This document shows positions 40,978 through 50,761 of a stretch of DNA of 64,000 nucleotides, piece by piece (the first letter of the stretch is position 1; each line of letters starts with the position of its first letter). The position numbers were made by a program, and so were the translations under genes. Source of the stretch: an uncultured Gemmatimonadaceae bacterium. Lineage in GTDB: Bacteria; Gemmatimonadota; Gemmatimonadetes; Gemmatimonadales; Gemmatimonadaceae. The DNA lies in NCBI GenBank assembly GCA_963740355.1, contig CAVUDW010000003.1:1280001-1344000 (forward strand), read 5' to 3'. The notes beneath the pieces are model-generated. The model worked only from the letters and a program-made list of their open reading frames with translations. It was not told the origin of the DNA and made no database searches.

Positions 40978-42909
40978 TCAGCGCATCGGTCGCGTGGTGC
41001 CGATGGGCTGGCCGTTGGGGTGCCAGGCGGGTTTGGGGCCGTTGGCGAGGATGATGATGGCTTGCGCCGCGGCTTCGATCACTCGGGCCATGTGGGCGGG
41101 GTCGGCGTAGCGCGCTTCGTCGCGCACCGTGTGGTAGTCTGGGTGGAGATTGAAGCTCGACAACGTGTGCGCCGGAATTCCCATCCGGGCGAACGCGATG
41201 TTGTCGCTGCGTTCGAAGAAGCGCTGCGCCGGACGGCGATCTGGAACGATCGGAATACCGCCATCGCGGAGCTGGTCACCGAGGGTGGAGCGTTCGTAGC
41301 CCGTGAGCCAGGCCTTGCCGGCGCCGCCGGCGAGGCTGTCGGGGCGCCCGATCATCTCGACTTCGAGGTTGGCCACCATCTGCGACAGCGGACGCACCGG
41401 ATGATCGATGAACCAGCGCGTGCCAAGCAATCCGACCTCTTCGCCCGTCATCGCCGCGAACACGATGGTGCGCTTCGGCTTCATGGCGCCCTTCGACAGC
41501 AGGCGCGCCACCTGCAGGATCGCGATGGTGCCAGCGGCGTCGTCATCGGCGCCGTTGTTGATCGAGTCACCGTCCACGGCCTTGGTGACGCCGATGTGGT
41601 CATAGTGCGCCGTCATCAGGACGTATTCGTCCTTCAGCGCCGGATCGGAGCCTTCGATGTAGCCGATCACGTTGGCGCCCGGCAGGCGTCGCGCGGCCGG
41701 CACCGAGTCGTACGCGCCCCAGCTGGCCAGCAGCTGCGGGCGCACTCGTGCGCCAGGTGCAGTGGCGGTCGAGGCCAGTGGCACGCGCTGCACGAAGCCG
41801 CTGTCGTCGGCAGCCTTCAATCCGGCGGCCGCGAACTGCGTCGCCAGCCATCGCGTCGCACGCCAGCTGCCCGGTGAGCCGGTCAGTCGCCCTTCCATGC
41901 TGTCGGCGGCAAGAATCGCGAGATCGCGTGCCACATCGGCGTCGCGGACACGCGGACGATAGGCACCGGCGCGCGCCGGTGCCGCGACCGTCGGCACCGC
42001 AACGAAAGCGAGCCAGTTTCCGGTGGGGTCGAGCGTGACACGGGTGATGTTCGTCAGTGGCGCGTACGACAGGTCGGCTGCGACGGTCCACCCGGGCTGG
42101 CCGCGCGTGAAGGTGCGCAACGTGGTGCCGGTGCCGGCCACCATCGTGGTGCTGTCGACCCAGGCGTATTCCTCCACGCCTGGCAGCGTCGCCACCAGTC
42201 GCGTGATCGCGCGTGTCGTGACATCCAGCTCGTCGATGTACCACTGCGCGCCGGCCTTCTGCACGAAGGTCACGCGGTTCGTTCCCGGCACGCGCTTCAG
42301 GCCACGGCCGATGTCGCGAGCCAACGTATCGAGCTTGCCGCTGGTGGTGTCCATCATCTGCAGCGTCGCTGGTGAGCCGAGCACGAACATCACCACCTGC
42401 GAGCCGACCCACGCGTAGTAACCAACAGGCTTCACCTTGCCGACCAATCGTTCGGCGGTGCCTCCAGGGGTCAGCGGCATGCGCCAGAGATGTTGCGCGG
42501 AGTCGCGCTCGACGCGAATGACCGTCAGCGACTTCTCGTCGGGCGTGACCTGCGCCGAATATTCACTTTCCGCCGTCACGGTGACCGGGATGTGCTCCGA
42601 ACCATCGAGGGCGTAACGCCAGATATCGGTCTGCACGTCGCGAACACTGTCGCGCAGCAGCGCGTTCGGGGCGCGCCGGGTGTAGTAGAGGGCTCGACCG
42701 CGCGCGTCGAAGCTGGGCTGGTTATCATAGCCGTCGCGGCGCGTGAGGTTGAGGGGCGGCTGGACGATCAGCGCGCCGTCACGCTTCGTGACGCGCGAGA
42801 GGAAGATGTCGGTGTTCGGTGTGCCGGCAGCGGGCGTGGGCGTCTGCGCCTGTGCCAGCGACATCGGCAGGGCGACGAGCAGCGTGCGGAGGATGGCGGT
42901 GGTTGACAT
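40978..42909 (-). CDS. secreted TolB-like beta-propeller + M28 metallopeptidase fusion
   Basis: N-terminal GYDNQPSF, ESEYS, KPVGYYAW; C-terminal AHYDH, GADDDAAG, GEEVGLLG, RSDN, YH. Confidence 0.85.
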   Translation of the reverse strand: MSTTAILRTLLVALPMSLAQAQTPTPAAGTPNTDIFLSRVTKRDGALIVQPPLNLTRRDGYDNQPSFDARGRALYYTRRAPNALLRDSVRDVQTDIWRYALDGSEHIPVTVTAESEYSAQVTPDEKSLTVIRVERDSAQHLWRMPLTPGGTAERLVGKVKPVGYYAWVGSQVVMFVLGSPATLQMMDTTSGKLDTLARDIGRGLKRVPGTNRVTFVQKAGAQWYIDELDVTTRAITRLVATLPGVEEYAWVDSTTMVAGTGTTLRTFTRGQPGWTVAADLSYAPLTNITRVTLDPTGNWLAFVAVPTVAAPARAGAYRPRVRDADVARDLAILAADSMEGRLTGSPGSWRATRWLATQFAAAGLKAADDSGFVQRVPLASTATAPGARVRPQLLASWGAYDSVPAARRLPGANVIGYIEGSDPALKDEYVLMTAHYDHIGVTKAVDGDSINNGADDDAAGTIAILQVARLLSKGAMKPKRTIVFAAMTGEEVGLLGTRWFIDHPVRPLSQMVANLEVEMIGRPDSLAGGAGKAWLTGYERSTLGDQLRDGGIPIVPDRRPAQRFFERSDNIAFARMGIPAHTLSSFNLHPDYHTVRDEARYADPAHMARVIEAAAQAIIILANGPKPAWHPNGQPIGTTRPMR

Positions 42910-43037
42910 GCGGGCAGGCTACGCTGGCGGCCACGGCCGCGCCAGCAGCCACGGGCGGCTGCCGTCTGCACCCATGCCTGTGAAGCGGAGCCTGCCGTGG
43001 CGAGATTGTCCCGATGCAACTCCTGAAGCAGCTCACC

Positions 43038-43469
43038 ATGCCACGCCATCTGCAGCGCCTGGTCCCCCGCTCGCTGCCGCGACGCCCACTCGGCCTCCTC
43101 GCGCTCGCCCTCGTCGCCACTGCCTGCAGCCAGCAGGACAAGAAGCCCCGCCTGCCAGAGCGCGCAGTGGTCGGCAGCTGGCGCAGCGACACCCTGCGGG
43201 GTGCCGATGCCACCGCGCGCGTCTACGAGTTGAAGATGCTGCCGAGTGGCCTGGCTGAGTTCATTAGCGATTCGATCGGGAAGGGTGTGACGACGCAGCG
43301 TGGCACATGGGACGGCGCCGATTCGCTGGTGCGGGTCGTGGTGCGTGGTGATGGTGCCGGCGCCCGACCAGCGTCCATCCTGTTCGCGATCCGAAAGAAC
43401 GAGCTCGGCCTCGTCCGGTTCGATTCGACGGCATGGGGACCGCAGGGGCTGACACTCTACCGGAAGTGA
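43038..43469 (+). CDS. hypothetical lipoprotein
   Basis: Lipobox LVATA-C; beta-rich VVGSW..RGTW pattern. Confidence 0.65.
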   Translation: MPRHLQRLVPRSLPRRPLGLLALALVATACSQQDKKPRLPERAVVGSWRSDTLRGADATARVYELKMLPSGLAEFISDSIGKGVTTQRGTWDGADSLVRVVVRGDGAGARPASILFAIRKNELGLVRFDSTAWGPQGLTLYRK

Positions 43470-43606
43470 CGTCGCGGTAATTGTCGAGGCGCGTAACCGC
43501 CTCTCTCGTCGCTTGCGCGGCGACGCATTCGGCGCGACCGTCGTCCCAACGTCACACTGAGTCCAGCGCGACGCTTCCCTGCTCTCAGGCTGAACTCACG
43601 CTGCGC

Positions 43607-44146
43607 ATGACTCCCACTCGACGACGCACTCGCACCGGCCTGCCGGTGGCCGTGCTGATCGCGATCCTGACGGCGATCTTCGCGAGTCGGACACGGGCGC
43701 CGTCACCAGCGGCTGCGCGTGATACCCGAACGCCATCCGCGGCTCCGTCGACACCAGTAACGACGCCAGCAACGACGGCGCGTGGCGGCGCAACGAACGG
43801 CGCGAGCACTGGCGCCGCATCGCCCGATGGTGCACACCGAGGAACATCACCGGGATTCGCCTCGCGCCAACGCCTCGAGGAACACTTCGAAAAACATGGG
43901 GCGGAGTTCCCGGGCCTCGACATAAACGGCTACCTGCTCGCGGCGCAGACGCTGCGCGACGCGGCGGCTGGTGGCAGTGTGCTCGAGCTCCGGCGACGTG
44001 ATGGTGTCGTGACGCGCTTCGATACCCAAAGCGGAGCATTTCTCGCGGTGAATCGCGATGGCACGATCCGCACCTTCTTCCGACCCAACGATGGTGAGGC
44101 GTACTTCCGTCGACAGGCATCGCGCACCCCTGGAGGTGGACCATGA
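43607..44146 (+). CDS. membrane-anchored protein with a putative RNase toxin-like C-terminal domain
   Basis: TM, Ala/Thr/Pro linker, LEEHFEKHGAEF...DGTIRTFFRP..GEAYFRRQ. Confidence 0.6.
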   Translation: MTPTRRRTRTGLPVAVLIAILTAIFASRTRAPSPAAARDTRTPSAAPSTPVTTPATTARGGATNGASTGAASPDGAHRGTSPGFASRQRLEEHFEKHGAEFPGLDINGYLLAAQTLRDAAAGGSVLELRRRDGVVTRFDTQSGAFLAVNRDGTIRTFFRPNDGEAYFRRQASRTPGGGP

Positions 44147-44568
44147 CGACAGAGCATGACGCGGTCCACACCTACCTGATCAGTCGCGGCTGTTCGCCGC
44201 TGGTGGTGCGACGCGGCTTGAGCGGCTTGCTGGACCAGTGGTCGGGCATCGTGGCTGCAGTGGAACGCGGGCGGGATGCGTCGCTCGACGAATGGCTGAA
44301 CGACATGGACCTCCGCGACATCCTGGCCGGCGCGCTGGCCGCATCCCCGCCGCGTGACCGCCGAGCGGCCGCGATCCGTCTCGACGACGCCGACGCGCAG
44401 TTTCTCAGCGTCACCGAACCCTGCCCCTGCCTCTGGGGCGACGAGATCGCGCACAACAACAGCTGGCGGCCGGAATGGCAGTGGTGGTACTTCCGCCGCC
44501 CGAGCGTCCCCGGACCGATGCTGCGCGAAGATCTCCTCGTTCACGGGCTGCTGCGCGACGATTCCTGA
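44143..44568 (+). CDS. hypothetical protein, candidate immunity protein
   Basis: ATGA overlap with the upstream gene; acidic/aromatic (DEWLNDMDLRD, WWYFRRP). Confidence 0.6.
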   Translation: MTTEHDAVHTYLISRGCSPLVVRRGLSGLLDQWSGIVAAVERGRDASLDEWLNDMDLRDILAGALAASPPRDRRAAAIRLDDADAQFLSVTEPCPCLWGDEIAHNNSWRPEWQWWYFRRPSVPGPMLREDLLVHGLLRDDS

Positions 44569-44586
44569 TCGGTCTCGGCGAGAACA

Positions 44587-44729
44587 GCACATCGCAGAGT
44601 CGCCGAGGGACGCAGAGAACTGCAACTGCACTGCAAGAGCAACTGCTTTGACGCAAAACAGACTCGGGGGATATGGCAGTTCGCAGTGGCAGTCGCTGTC
44701 CTCTGCGCCTCAGCGACTCTGCGATGTGC
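44587..44729. repeat. REP-like inverted repeat pair (CGCAGAG family)
   Basis: gcacatcgcagagtcgccgagggacgcagag / ctctgcgcctcagcgactctgcgatgtgc. Confidence 0.85.
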
Positions 44730-44740
44730 AGTGAATGCGA

Positions 44741-46486
44741 TCAGCGCGGACGAACAGGTGCCAGTGGCGGCGTCTCGGGGATGGCTTGACCGTCGTGGCG
44801 CGGTTCGCTGGCACCGAAGTGGACCCCGCCCGCGCTCATCACGGCCTGCCCCCAACCGAAGGTGCCGCTGCGGACCTTCGTCACGTTCAGCAGGTGGCCC
44901 ATCGCGGTCAGTGAATCGCGTGTGGCCACTGGCACCAGCGGTTCGATGTCGAGGTCGCAGCCAGCGAACGTCGACTTCGTGAACCGTCCAGCTTCGAGCG
45001 CTTCCTGAATCGTGAAGCCGAAGTCGGCGATGTGACTGACGAACTGCGCGTGCGCCTGCGCCTGGTTCCAGCCACCCATGATGCCGAAACCGATCGTGGT
45101 GTCGGCCTTGGTCATCATCGCCGGGATGATGGTGTGCAACGGACGCTTGTGAGCCTGCAACTCGTTCGGCGATCCGGCGGTGAGCGAAAACAGCGCACCG
45201 CGATTGTGCAGCATGAAGCCCATGCCTGTGGGCACGAGTCCTGAGCCGAACCCGGAATAGTTGCTCTGGATGAGCGAGACGATGTTGCCGTCCCGATCGA
45301 TCACGGTGAGATAGATGGTCTCGTTGCCGGTGGCACTGGAGATACCGGCGAGGGTCGTCGGCTGCACATCACAGTTGGCGCGCGTCATCTCGATCTGCCC
45401 CGCACGACGTTCGGTATTTCCCTTGTCCAGCAACTGTGCCACGGGCACCTTCGCGAACTTGGGATCACCGACGAAGCGCAGCAGATCCGCATAGGCGAGT
45501 TTCTTGGCCTCAATCATGGTGTGCATCGCACGCGTCGACGCCCACCCGTATTCGCCGAGCGGAAAGCGCTCCATGATGTTGAGCATCTCGAGCGCCGCGA
45601 TACCCTGGCTGTTGGGCGGAATCTCATACACGGTCCACCCGCGATAGGTGGTGCTGATGGGCTCGACCCATTCGGCGCGGAATTCGGCGAGATCGGCACT
45701 GGTCATGGTGCCTCCCTGCTCACGGCTGATGGCCACGATGGCCTCGGCTGTGGTCCCGGCGTAGTAGCCCTCGCGACCGCGGAGCGCGATGCGGCGGAGC
45801 GAGTTCGCAAGATCGGGATTGCGAAAGACTTCTCCCGCACGCGGCGCCCGTTCACCGTTGATGAGGTAAGTCCGCTTGCTGTTGGGATGCGCAGCCAGCA
45901 TGGCCACCGAGTTGCGCCAGTTGCCAGCGGTGATCTCGGCGATGGGCACGCCCTCGTCGGCGTAGCGGATGGCGGGTGCGAGCAGTTCGCTGAATGGCTT
46001 GGTACCAAAACGCAGCCGCAGTTCGTCCCAGCCGGCGACGACACCGGGCACGGTCACACTGTGAATGCCGCGCTGTGGCATGGCGGTATCTCCGCGCTGC
46101 TTGAGGAACGCGGGTAGTGCCGCCGGCGCCCATCCGCTGGCGTTCAACGCATGCACACGCTTGGTCTGCGCGTTGTAGACGAGCGCGAACATGTCCCCGC
46201 CAATGCCGTTGCCGGTCGGCTCGAGCAATCCCATCACGGCATTCGCGGCAATCGCGGCGTCGGCGGCGGTGCCACCGCGCTCGAGGATCTGAATCCCGGC
46301 GGCGGCCGCCAGCGGCTGACTGCTGGCCACAATCCCCCACTTGGTCGCCACGACCGACCGTCCGACCTGCGGCCGGGGCTTGGCCACTCCGGCCCCGCCG
46401 GCCCCAGGCACGCCCTGCGCCCCCAGCGAGACACCAATCAGCGCCAACAGCATCGGCGCAACACGGACGAACACTCGGCTCGGCAT
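44741..46486 (-). CDS. ggt: gamma-glutamyltransferase family protein
   Basis: GGTAADAA, GIGGD, PPNSQG, ETIYLTVID autocleavage Thr, KRPLHTI, MGG..Q.Q. Confidence 0.9.
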   Translation of the reverse strand: MPSRVFVRVAPMLLALIGVSLGAQGVPGAGGAGVAKPRPQVGRSVVATKWGIVASSQPLAAAAGIQILERGGTAADAAIAANAVMGLLEPTGNGIGGDMFALVYNAQTKRVHALNASGWAPAALPAFLKQRGDTAMPQRGIHSVTVPGVVAGWDELRLRFGTKPFSELLAPAIRYADEGVPIAEITAGNWRNSVAMLAAHPNSKRTYLINGERAPRAGEVFRNPDLANSLRRIALRGREGYYAGTTAEAIVAISREQGGTMTSADLAEFRAEWVEPISTTYRGWTVYEIPPNSQGIAALEMLNIMERFPLGEYGWASTRAMHTMIEAKKLAYADLLRFVGDPKFAKVPVAQLLDKGNTERRAGQIEMTRANCDVQPTTLAGISSATGNETIYLTVIDRDGNIVSLIQSNYSGFGSGLVPTGMGFMLHNRGALFSLTAGSPNELQAHKRPLHTIIPAMMTKADTTIGFGIMGGWNQAQAHAQFVSHIADFGFTIQEALEAGRFTKSTFAGCDLDIEPLVPVATRDSLTAMGHLLNVTKVRSGTFGWGQAVMSAGGVHFGASEPRHDGQAIPETPPLAPVRPR

Positions 46487-46596
46487 AGGCAGTTCAGTTG
46501 AAGGCGGGTCGTAACTCCGGCGCTGCTGACTCCGTTGCGAAAAACGTACCTCTTGGGGGCACCGTTGCTTTGGACGCCTGCGGCGGCGGCGATTTA

Positions 46597-46999
46597 GACG
46601 CCTCTGGCGGCTTTGGTCCACACGGTCAAACCCGCGGAGCCGCGGGGGACGCGGAGGCGCGGAGGAGGGCCCGGACGCCTTTGGCGGCTCTGGTCCACAC
46701 GGTCAAACTCGCGGAGCCGCGGGGGACGCGGAGACGCGGAGGAGGGCCCCGACGCCGTTGGCGGCGGAGGGGGCCACACCGGGCGAAGGGCAAACGGCAA
46801 CAGCAACTGCGTTTTGGGGTGTCGGCCCGCATGGCAACGTTGCGGTGACTGCTAGGTGCTACGTGGAGCCGGAGGTGGCGACCGCGAGAGCAGTTCCCCT
46901 GCCGTTCATCCTCCAAGCCCAAGCAAAAGCTGGCTGCCGCGAGCGAAACCTCCGCGGCTCCGCGGTCCTCCGCGCCTCCGCGTGAGGGAGTGTGGACCG
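46597..46999. repeat. 77-bp tandem duplication plus inverted arm (CGCGGAG family)
   Basis: Units 46597-46673 and 46674-46750; reverse arm 46949-46999. Confidence 0.85.
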
Positions 47000-47037
47000 C
47001 CAGGCGAAAGCGCAGCGTCGCGGCGGGTGGGCGCGGA

Positions 47038-47115
47038 GGAACGGCGCGGAGGAACGGCGCGAAGGAACGGCGCTGGGGAACGGCGCTGGGGAACGGCGCT
47101 GGGGAACGGCGCGGA
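47038..47115. repeat. 13-bp tandem repeat x6 (GGAACGGCGCnnn)
   Basis: ggaacggcgcgga, ggaacggcgcgaa, ggaacggcgctgg x3, ggaacggcgcgga. Confidence 0.9.
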
Positions 47116-47175
47116 GGGAGGGCGCGGCGGAGGGCGTGGCGGGCTGAAACCGATCATCTTGCCGATCGTATAGCA

Positions 47176-47199
47176 AAGTGATATCACTTCGATGTCACT
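47176..47199. promoter_or_regulatory. palindromic operator AAGTGATATCACTT plus a second half-site
   Basis: Perfect 14-bp palindrome followed by gatgtcact, just upstream of the SPFH-RHH operon. Confidence 0.6.
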
Positions 47200-47218
47200 C
47201 TGACCCAGGTATTTCTCC

Positions 47219-48088
47219 ATGACACGCGAATTCGTTCGAAAGGCTGCACCCGGACTCCCCGTCCTGTTCTCCCTGCTCGCCGGCACGATCGTCGGCGGGT
47301 GGCTCATCTACTCGGGCATCGGCAACCGCGCCTTCGCGCTGGCTGCGGCCGGAGTGCTGATCATCATCGTGATGCTCTTCATGTCCGCCGGGCTGTTCAC
47401 CGTCGAGCCGAACGAGGCCAAGGTGCTCCAGCTCTTCGGCACCTACAAAGGCACCGTCAGGCAGCAGGGGCTCTTCTTCGCCAATCCCTTCTTCACCAAG
47501 AAGCGCATCACACTGCGGGCGCGAAATTTCGAGACCCAGCGCCTCAAGGTGAACGACAAGCACTCCAATCCCGTGGAGATTGCCGCCATCGTCGTGTGGC
47601 GAGTCATCGACAGCGCCGAGGCGCTGTTCGAGGTGGAGAATGTCGAGACGTACGTGATGACGCAGAGCGAGTCGGCACTGCGCGCACTGGCGACCAAGTA
47701 TCCCTACGATGCCCATGCCGAAGGTGAGTTCTCGCTGTCGGTGAATCCAGACGAAATTGCGACCGAGTTGAGCATCCAGCTCACCGAGCGTTTTGCGAAG
47801 GCCGGCGTGGAGGTCATCGAAAGTCGCGTCAGTCACCTGGCATATGCGCCCGAAATCGCGGGCGTGATGCTGCAGCGTCAGCAGGCGTCTGCCATGATTG
47901 CGGCACGCACGAAGATCGTGGAAGGTGCCGTGGGCATGGTGGACATGGCGATCAACATGATCGAGGATCGTGGCATGGCGAAACTCGATCCAGAACGTCG
48001 CGCTGCCATGATCAGCAACCTGATGGTCGTGCTCTGCGGTGAACGTGGCGCCCAGCCGATCGTGAATACCGGCACCATCTACCAGTAG
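47219..48088 (+). CDS. SPFH/Band 7 domain membrane protein
   Basis: 2 TM; LKVND..NPVEIAAIVVWRV, QSESALR, HLAYAPEIA..MLQRQQA. Confidence 0.92.
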   Translation: MTREFVRKAAPGLPVLFSLLAGTIVGGWLIYSGIGNRAFALAAAGVLIIIVMLFMSAGLFTVEPNEAKVLQLFGTYKGTVRQQGLFFANPFFTKKRITLRARNFETQRLKVNDKHSNPVEIAAIVVWRVIDSAEALFEVENVETYVMTQSESALRALATKYPYDAHAEGEFSLSVNPDEIATELSIQLTERFAKAGVEVIESRVSHLAYAPEIAGVMLQRQQASAMIAARTKIVEGAVGMVDMAINMIEDRGMAKLDPERRAAMISNLMVVLCGERGAQPIVNTGTIYQ

Positions 48089-48098
48089 GCCGCAGAGC

Positions 48099-48350
48099 GT
48101 GGCTGAGCGGAAGTCGTTTCTGTTGCGCGTGGACCCAGCGCTGCTGGAAGCAATGCAGCGCTGGGCGAACGACGATCTGCGCAGCCTCAACGCGCAGATC
48201 GAGTTCGTGTTGCGTCGCACGCTGCAGCACGAACGACGGCTTAAGCCAGGCGCGACGGCCGTCGGCGGGCAGCCTGACGCAGACGCTTCCGCCACCACGA
48301 ACACCACCACGAACACCACCACGAACGCGGACACCGACGCGCCGGGCTGA
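48099..48350 (+). CDS. Arc-family ribbon-helix-helix DNA-binding protein
   Basis: RKSFLLRVDP..WANDDLRSLNAQIEFVL. Confidence 0.85.
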   Translation: MAERKSFLLRVDPALLEAMQRWANDDLRSLNAQIEFVLRRTLQHERRLKPGATAVGGQPDADASATTNTTTNTTTNADTDAPG

Positions 48351-48558
48351 CCCGCTCGGAGGCAGTCTCGAGCGGGCCCCCAGCAGGTGCCTTCGGGCGA
48401 ACGAAATCTCGCCGCGAAGCAGTTCATGACATACCACGATCCGACGCCCTCGGAATCGGCGAGCGTCGGGGTTCCAAGGGGAACCCCTGCTCGCCGTTCT
48501 GGTATTCAGGTGATACCATTCCGATGGTGAGCCTGACCACGCCTGCGACGGAGCGTCC

Positions 48559-49366
48559 CATGTCCCGATCGTCCCAGTTCCACCGGACCTCCCGCAGCGC
48601 CGCCGCGGCGCCGGTCGAAGCTCCCGCTTGGCGCCTCTGGCTGCTGATCGCCCTCGCGGCGCTCCCCCTGCCGCTTTTCGCGCAGGAGCTTGGGCAGGGG
48701 GGCAATGGCTACTTCTTCCGTCGGCCGCTGCTCAGCTTCTCGCTCCGTGGCGGCTATGATCGGCCCCGGGCAAGCAGCGATGTGTTCGATTTCGCCACCA
48801 CCCAGCTCACGCTGAACAAGGGCGATCTGGCGGCTGGTGGCTACCGCGCCGACATCGGCGTGCGCCTGGCCGAGCGGGTCGAGTTGGTGATCAGTGGCGG
48901 TCAGTCGGTACGTACGGCCGGGTCTGAGTTCCGTAAATACGTCGACAACAACGACTTGCCGATCGAGCAGACGACCAAGCTGAGTCGCGTGCCGCTGTCG
49001 CTCGGCTTTCAATACGCGCTCACCGCCCCCGGTGAAAGGATCAGCCGTTTTGCCTGGATTCCGTCCCGCATCACGCCCTGGGTCGGCGCCGGCGCCGGTG
49101 CGATGAATTACATCTTTCAGCAGAACGGCGACTTCGTCGACTTCCAGACGCTGAACGTCTTCCGACAGGAGTATCGCTCGTCGGGCTGGGCGCCGATGGG
49201 GTACGCCAACCTCGGTGCCGAGGTACGCCTGACGACACGGGTGTCGTTCACTGGCGATCTGCGGTACACCGCGTCGCGCGCCACCCTTGGTGGCACCTTC
49301 GTGGGCTTTGACAAGATCGACCTCTCTGGCACTGCTGCCACGATGGGTCTCACCGTGCGGATGTAG
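48559..49366 (+). CDS. outer membrane beta-barrel protein (8-strand type)
   Basis: Signal peptide; alternating strands, PWVGAGAG, GDLRY. Start could be 48524. Confidence 0.7.
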
Positions 49367-49378
49367 GAGAATCGAGCC

Positions 49379-50692
49379 ATGAATTCACGCACGTTTTTCT
49401 TTGCGGCAGCAGTAACGTCTGCACTCCTTGGCGCGACGTTGCTGAGGGCCCAGCAGGGCGCGAAGCCCGTGATGGACGAACGGTGGCGCGCCTACATCGG
49501 CTGCTGGTCATCCTATGCCGGCAACGTGAAGGGCCCGAATGTCTGCGTCGTGCCGACAGCCGATGCGAACACTGTCGAGCTGTTGGCGATCGCCGGCGAT
49601 TCGATCGTGTCCACGACCCCGGTCTCGGCATCCGGCGCACGGGTTCCACGGACCAAAGACGGTTGCACCGGCTGGGAGGAAGGCACGTGGTCGACTGACG
49701 ATCGCCGCCTCTACACTCATGCCGAATTCACCTGTGAAGGAGGCTCGCTGCAGAAGTCGAGCGCGATGTATTCCTTCTCACCACTCGGTGATTTCTCGCG
49801 CGTTGAAGGCGTGAAGACGCGGACTGCGAATGCAGTGCGCATCATCACGTTCCGTGCGTTGGGTGATGGATTGGCACTTCCCGCGGCCGTCACGCTCCGC
49901 ATGCCGACGATGAATGTGTCGCAGACATATGCCGCACGCATCGAAGTCTCGGCCGACGTGACGCCGGCCGACGTGGCCGATGCAGTGAAGAACCTCGACG
50001 CACCGCTGGTCGAAGCCTGGCTGGCCGATCGCGGGCAACCGTTCGAACTGGCCGCGAATGACCTGCGGGCACTGCGCGACGCGAAAGTCCCGGCGAGCGT
50101 AATCGACGTGATGATCGCCGTCTCGAACCCTGAGGTGTTCTCGCTGGTGCGCGGTGGTCGCGGCGCAGTCGTGGCCGAAGGGGCGCCACGTCGTGCGTCG
50201 ACGCAGTCGCAGCGTGACTTCGAGCTCCAACGTGCGATGCAGCGGGCGCGCTACGGAAGCCTGGGCGGCGATCCGCGCTATTTCTGGGTCGATGACCTGT
50301 TCTACCCGTACTTCGGCTACAACTCGCTCTACGGATACGGGTATCGCAACCAGTATCTGTATGGTGGCTGGTTGAACTCGTTCGGAAACTGCCTCGGCCG
50401 TTTCGACTGCTATTCGGGTCCGGGCTGGTACAACGGCTATGGGCCGGTTGTGATCATCCCGTCGCCGGCTCCAACGACGCCCACACGCGGTGGCAGCGTG
50501 GTGAACGGCGGCGGCTATTCACAAGGCAGCAGCAATGGTGGCGGTCGCGTTGCCCAGCCAGCCGGCAGCGTCTCGTCGGGCGGCTACAGCGGCGGCACCT
50601 CGACCAGCGTCGGCAGCGGCTCAGGCGGCAGCAGCCCCCAGCCAGCGGCCAGCGGCGGTGGTGGTCAGCGCACTGCGAAGCCGCGGCCATAG
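49379..50692 (+). CDS. secreted hypothetical protein with Tyr/Gly-rich and Gly/Ser-rich tail
   Basis: Signal peptide, RBS AGGAG; paralog of the next gene. Confidence 0.75.
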   Translation: MNSRTFFFAAAVTSALLGATLLRAQQGAKPVMDERWRAYIGCWSSYAGNVKGPNVCVVPTADANTVELLAIAGDSIVSTTPVSASGARVPRTKDGCTGWEEGTWSTDDRRLYTHAEFTCEGGSLQKSSAMYSFSPLGDFSRVEGVKTRTANAVRIITFRALGDGLALPAAVTLRMPTMNVSQTYAARIEVSADVTPADVADAVKNLDAPLVEAWLADRGQPFELAANDLRALRDAKVPASVIDVMIAVSNPEVFSLVRGGRGAVVAEGAPRRASTQSQRDFELQRAMQRARYGSLGGDPRYFWVDDLFYPYFGYNSLYGYGYRNQYLYGGWLNSFGNCLGRFDCYSGPGWYNGYGPVVIIPSPAPTTPTRGGSVVNGGGYSQGSSNGGGRVAQPAGSVSSGGYSGGTSTSVGSGSGGSSPQPAASGGGGQRTAKPRP

Positions 50693-50761
50693 TCGGTGTT
50701 TTGTCCTGTCCTGCTACCATTCACTCAGAAGTTTCCAACATTCTGACGCACGAGCGCGGCA

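Noticed and set aside
46594..47181. short ORFs in the ggt-SPFH intergenic region (also 39251..39832, 52416..53091)
   Set aside because: Translations of repeat DNA with no RBS or domain signal.
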